DNA of 64,000 nucleotides from Acidobacteriaceae bacterium. GTDB taxonomy: Bacteria; Acidobacteriota; Terriglobia; Terriglobales; Acidobacteriaceae. The translations under genes were made by a program, and so were the position numbers. The stretch lies in contig OZ255621.1 of NCBI GenBank assembly GCA_965276705.1, positions 3,808,110-3,872,109 of the forward strand. The letters run 5' to 3'. This document shows, piece after piece, positions 61,089 to 64,000 of this stretch; positions within the stretch are counted from its first letter, which is position 1; each line of letters begins with the position of its first letter. The notes under the pieces are model-generated. The model did not search any database, was not told the DNA's origin, and saw only the letters and a list, made by a program, of their open reading frames with translations.

Positions 61089-61276
61089 GCTGTACTTCCT
61101 CCTGTTCGCTGGCTTTGCGCGCTCTTGATGACGTCGCTTGGGCAAGCGCCACGTTGCAGGTAAGAAGGGCGGTGTCCCGGATAGGTTGCAGCCGATGGAA
61201 GGATTGCATGTCGGTGAGAGACGACCTTGCGTGGACGTTTGAGCTGCGGTGAACCCAAATGTCGGCCGCAGAATGC

Positions 61277-61738
61277 CTATCGCAGGCTGGACTCTGCAGA
61301 CGCAGTGTTCGGATCCAGGCCGAGGATGGACGACTCGCTCGGGATATTTGCCGGAAGCGTGTGGACCTCGGCACGCCGGCTGCGATGTAGAAATCCATGG
61401 TGGCCACGGGCGACGCCCTGCAGTTGGAACAAAAGGGCGGGTGAAACCATGGGAGCGGTGGCTGTGCGCAAGGCAGATGGGTCGAAGGCCGGCTCGTCAC
61501 TGGAGGGTGCGAGGAAGCCGCTGTGCTGGGGCGCCGTCTGGAAGAGCAGGTGCGGAGGAGGGACCGGTTCGGCGTAGACGAAACAGACGGACATAACCAG
61601 CATGAAGGCGGCCAGATAAATCAGGTAGCGGAAGCGGTGTGTCATGTCCAGCATGCGCATCTCCAGCGACAGGTATTGCCAAATCAGATTCTGTTGTGAA
61701 CTGAGATTCGTCCACGACCGTGGAATGTTGAATCGCAC
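61277..61738 (-). CDS. Hypothetical protein with one hydrophobic segment (weak call)
   Basis: 153-aa ORF, co-directional with the YtxH and YkgJ genes. It has one TM-like stretch, FRYLIYLAAFMLVMSVCFVYA. No motif recognised. Confidence 0.3.
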   Translation of the reverse strand: MRFNIPRSWTNLSSQQNLIWQYLSLEMRMLDMTHRFRYLIYLAAFMLVMSVCFVYAEPVPPPHLLFQTAPQHSGFLAPSSDEPAFDPSALRTATAPMVSPALLFQLQGVARGHHGFLHRSRRAEVHTLPANIPSESSILGLDPNTASAESSLR

Positions 61739-62074
61739 ACAGGTTGTATCGCGATAAATTTCGGTTGTAGCCCGTTTCGGTACCGCCGTGGAGGCGGGCT
61801 GGATTCCGCGTCAGGTTGCGCTTCTGGTTGCCCTGTCGCTGCGATGCGCGAGGGGACTTGAATTACTGTTCAGGTATTGCTGGACTGGCAATGAAGAGAC
61901 GTTACCCTTGCCGTCCGTGCGCCTGCTAAGTCGTTGTCCCACATTGCTTTTTGATGAAAAAACGAGTACTCTGGGTAAGGATCGAGAGCGGCGAAGCACC
62001 CCAGCGCGCCGTGACCAGAAGAACGGTTAAATCCAGATCCCGAATTACTCTTCCACGTCGAGGAAAAACAGCGA

Positions 62075-62302
62075 ATGGCAAAGCGTCGCGGGAACCCGAA
62101 TTGGGGAAAACCGGAGCCGATCGGCCCGGTAGTCCCTACGGTGACATCGTTTGAGCAGGTGGTGAAGGAGTTCAAGCTGACTCCGGATCAATACATCCGG
62201 TCTACCCGGCTCCGGGAGTGGGCTCGGCGGAACAAGAACTCGAAGTACATCCCGGAGGCGCTGCTAGAGGCCTGGGGATTCGAGATCGAGTCGACCCTGT
62301 AA
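62075..62302 (+). CDS. Small basic hypothetical protein
   Basis: 75 aa (MAKRRGNPNWGKPEP...), followed 19 nt later by a strong terminator. Confidence 0.55.
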   Translation: MAKRRGNPNWGKPEPIGPVVPTVTSFEQVVKEFKLTPDQYIRSTRLREWARRNKNSKYIPEALLEAWGFEIESTL

Positions 62303-62321
62303 GAGACAGCTTGTTTGTCAA

Positions 62322-62355
62322 GAAACGCCGCCCTTTTGGGCGGCGTTTCTGTTTT
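62322..62355 (+). terminator. Rho-independent terminator
   Basis: GAAACGCCGCCC-tttt-GGGCGGCGTTTC (12-bp stem) followed by TGTTTT. Confidence 0.85.
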
Positions 62356-62452
62356 GCGGCGTGGCGGAGCACACCCAGTTCGCCCTGCAGGGGACCTTCG
62401 CGCTCTTGGTGGAACTCTCTTCCATTGGGAATCGAGCGGGATCTTCATGTGC

Positions 62453-62857
62453 TCATCGAGCCCGCTTGTCAAAGCTGTCTCTCGCTTTCTTGATGGAATC
62501 CCAGTTGCTTCCAATCCACTGAACCAGGTGCTCCATCGGCTCTAGCAGGCTGAGCCCGAGACCTGTCAATTCATATTCCACTCTCGGGGGGATCTCAGGG
62601 AATACTTCGCGCGACAGAAAGCCGTCACGCTCCAGATTGCGCAGCGTCGTTGTGAGCATCCGCTGGGAGATCCCATCCACCATCCTCTGCAGTTCGGAAA
62701 ATCGTGCGCGGTTCCTTGGCGTCCGCGCCAGCATAACGACCAGCAGAATGCTCCACTTGTCGCCGACCTTTGTTAGGAACTGGCGAACCGCTTCGGACTC
62801 TTCGTTTTTGCACATCAGAGCCACAGGTCCCCTCGTTATTCTTTGGCCCTTTTTCAT
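62453..62857 (-). CDS. HxlR-family winged-helix transcriptional regulator
   Basis: VGDKWSILLVVMLA..RFSELQRMVDGISQRMLTTTLRNLERDGFLSREVFPEIPPRVEYELT. Divergent from the hydrolase gene. Confidence 0.9.
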   Translation of the reverse strand: MKKGQRITRGPVALMCKNEESEAVRQFLTKVGDKWSILLVVMLARTPRNRARFSELQRMVDGISQRMLTTTLRNLERDGFLSREVFPEIPPRVEYELTGLGLSLLEPMEHLVQWIGSNWDSIKKARDSFDKRAR

Positions 62858-62963
62858 GGTTCCCTCAACGTTCGTTAGTGCCTTGAACCTGCCTACTTCT
62901 CATTGAGCTGCTCTCATTTCATTATGTAGGTATTGCATCGTAACCGACAAAAAAGGAGAGCAG

Positions 62964-63974
62964 ATGACCGCAGCAGAATCGATATTTCGTTCTATGGGCG
63001 AGCCGATGACTCATGCTCAAAAGAGGGCAGTCAGTGCGCCTCTTCCTGTCGTCTCTATTAGCCCGATTGTGCTGTCAGCACCGGAGCGCGGCCAGGATCT
63101 ACAGCTCCGAGTGTCCGCGCCTGTCACCGGCAGCCAACTACCGATCATTGTCTTCGCGCACGGCTTTGGTTCTTCGCTGGACGGCTATGCTCCGCTTGCG
63201 AATGAATGGGCGGCTCGTGGCTTCGTCGTGATCCAGCCTACCTTTCTCGATTCAAGGACGCTGAGCGTCAATCCGAAGGCAACCCATGACGAAGCGCTCA
63301 CGGACTATCTGAACGATCCCCAGAAACCTTTCATGTGGCGTTTTCGCGTCGAAGACATGAAGCGCATCCTCGACCAACTCGATCTCATCGAGGATTCCGT
63401 TCCGGGACTGAAAGGACGTCTCGACCGGAGCCGCATCGCCGCCGCCGGACATTCGTTTGGAGCTCAAACGGCGGGGATGCTATTGGGCGCGAGAGTGATT
63501 GGCCCCGACGGCAGCTTAGGCGAGAACCTGTCCGATTCGCGGATCGAGGTTGGCGTGCTGCTTTGCGCAGGTGGCCGGGGAGGCGATGCTCTTAGCCCGT
63601 TCGCTGCCGAGCATTTCCCACACTTGAATCAGAGCTACGCAGGGATGGTTACGCCGACCCTGGTGGTTGCAGGCGATATGGACGACTCCCCGCTGACCGT
63701 TCTTGGGCCGGAGTGGTTCACGGATGCGTATACCTTAAGCCCAGGCGCCAAGTGGCTTGTCACGTTGTTCGGAGCAGAACATATGCTCGGCGGGATTTCC
63801 GGATATCTGGTGACGGAGACAACGGATGAGAACCCTGATCGAGTGGCCGCGGTACAGTGGCTTACCTTGGCTTACCTTCGCAGCGCGCTCTACCCTGAAA
63901 ATCCCGCCTGGTCCGAAGCGCGTACCAAGTTGATGGAGAGCCCCAATCCGCTGGGCCGGGTAGAAGGCAAATAG
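62964..63974 (+). CDS. Alpha/beta hydrolase (dienelactone hydrolase/chlorophyllase-like)
   Basis: PIIVFAHGFGSS oxyanion region, nucleophile elbow AAAGHSFGAQTAG, and a late GAEHMLGG His. AGGAG RBS 6 nt upstream of the ATG. Confidence 0.8.
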   Translation: MTAAESIFRSMGEPMTHAQKRAVSAPLPVVSISPIVLSAPERGQDLQLRVSAPVTGSQLPIIVFAHGFGSSLDGYAPLANEWAARGFVVIQPTFLDSRTLSVNPKATHDEALTDYLNDPQKPFMWRFRVEDMKRILDQLDLIEDSVPGLKGRLDRSRIAAAGHSFGAQTAGMLLGARVIGPDGSLGENLSDSRIEVGVLLCAGGRGGDALSPFAAEHFPHLNQSYAGMVTPTLVVAGDMDDSPLTVLGPEWFTDAYTLSPGAKWLVTLFGAEHMLGGISGYLVTETTDENPDRVAAVQWLTLAYLRSALYPENPAWSEARTKLMESPNPLGRVEGK

Positions 63975-64000
63975 CGCTTGAAAATCCCCGATATCAGCGT

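Overview
High-GC (about 60%), almost fully coding chromosomal segment. I saw no transposase, integrase, prophage or CRISPR signal. The protein styles (a CarboxypepD_reg-type TonB receptor, a giant Ig-repeat surface protein, many exopolysaccharide genes) suggest an Acidobacteriota-like soil bacterium; this is inference only.

Layout:
- 0-5.5 kb: polysaccharide genes (beta-helix protein, GT2, GT-B transferase, nucleotide-sugar dehydrogenase).
- 5.6-9.9 kb: a translationally coupled four-gene operon, all products exported (secreted protein, TPR-caspase, output-less CHASE2 sensor, small secreted protein).
- 10.1-11.4 kb: tRNA-Arg(CCT) and ychF.
- 12-28 kb: mixed metabolic and accessory genes (two radical SAM proteins, class II aldolase, HGSNAT-like acyltransferase, cupin, TonB receptor, bactofilin, methyltransferase, GH130, SDR, ATP-grasp, flavin monooxygenase, JmjC-like oxygenase).
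- 28-32 kb: glycosyltransferase and acetyltransferase genes.
- 32.6-37.6 kb: a roughly 1,690-aa surface protein (GH-A-like domain, five Ig-like repeats, a 200-aa (Thr-Pro)n linker, an unusual C-terminal hairpin anchor).
- 37.9-51.5 kb: a compact orphan hybrid PKS-NRPS line (carrier; KS-AT-ACP-aminotransferase-C-A-T; C-degenerate A-T-TE with a Cys nucleophile; Sfp-type PPTase).
- 51.6-58.9 kb: EPS export and polymerisation genes (Wzc-like, Wza-like, GT2, Wzy/O-antigen-ligase-like, GT26-STAS fusion).
- 59-64 kb: small regulators and hypothetical genes.

The two best candidates for something new are the PKS-NRPS line wedged inside the EPS locus and the exported caspase/CHASE2 operon. All domain calls come from motifs read by eye in the supplied translations. 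No database search was run.
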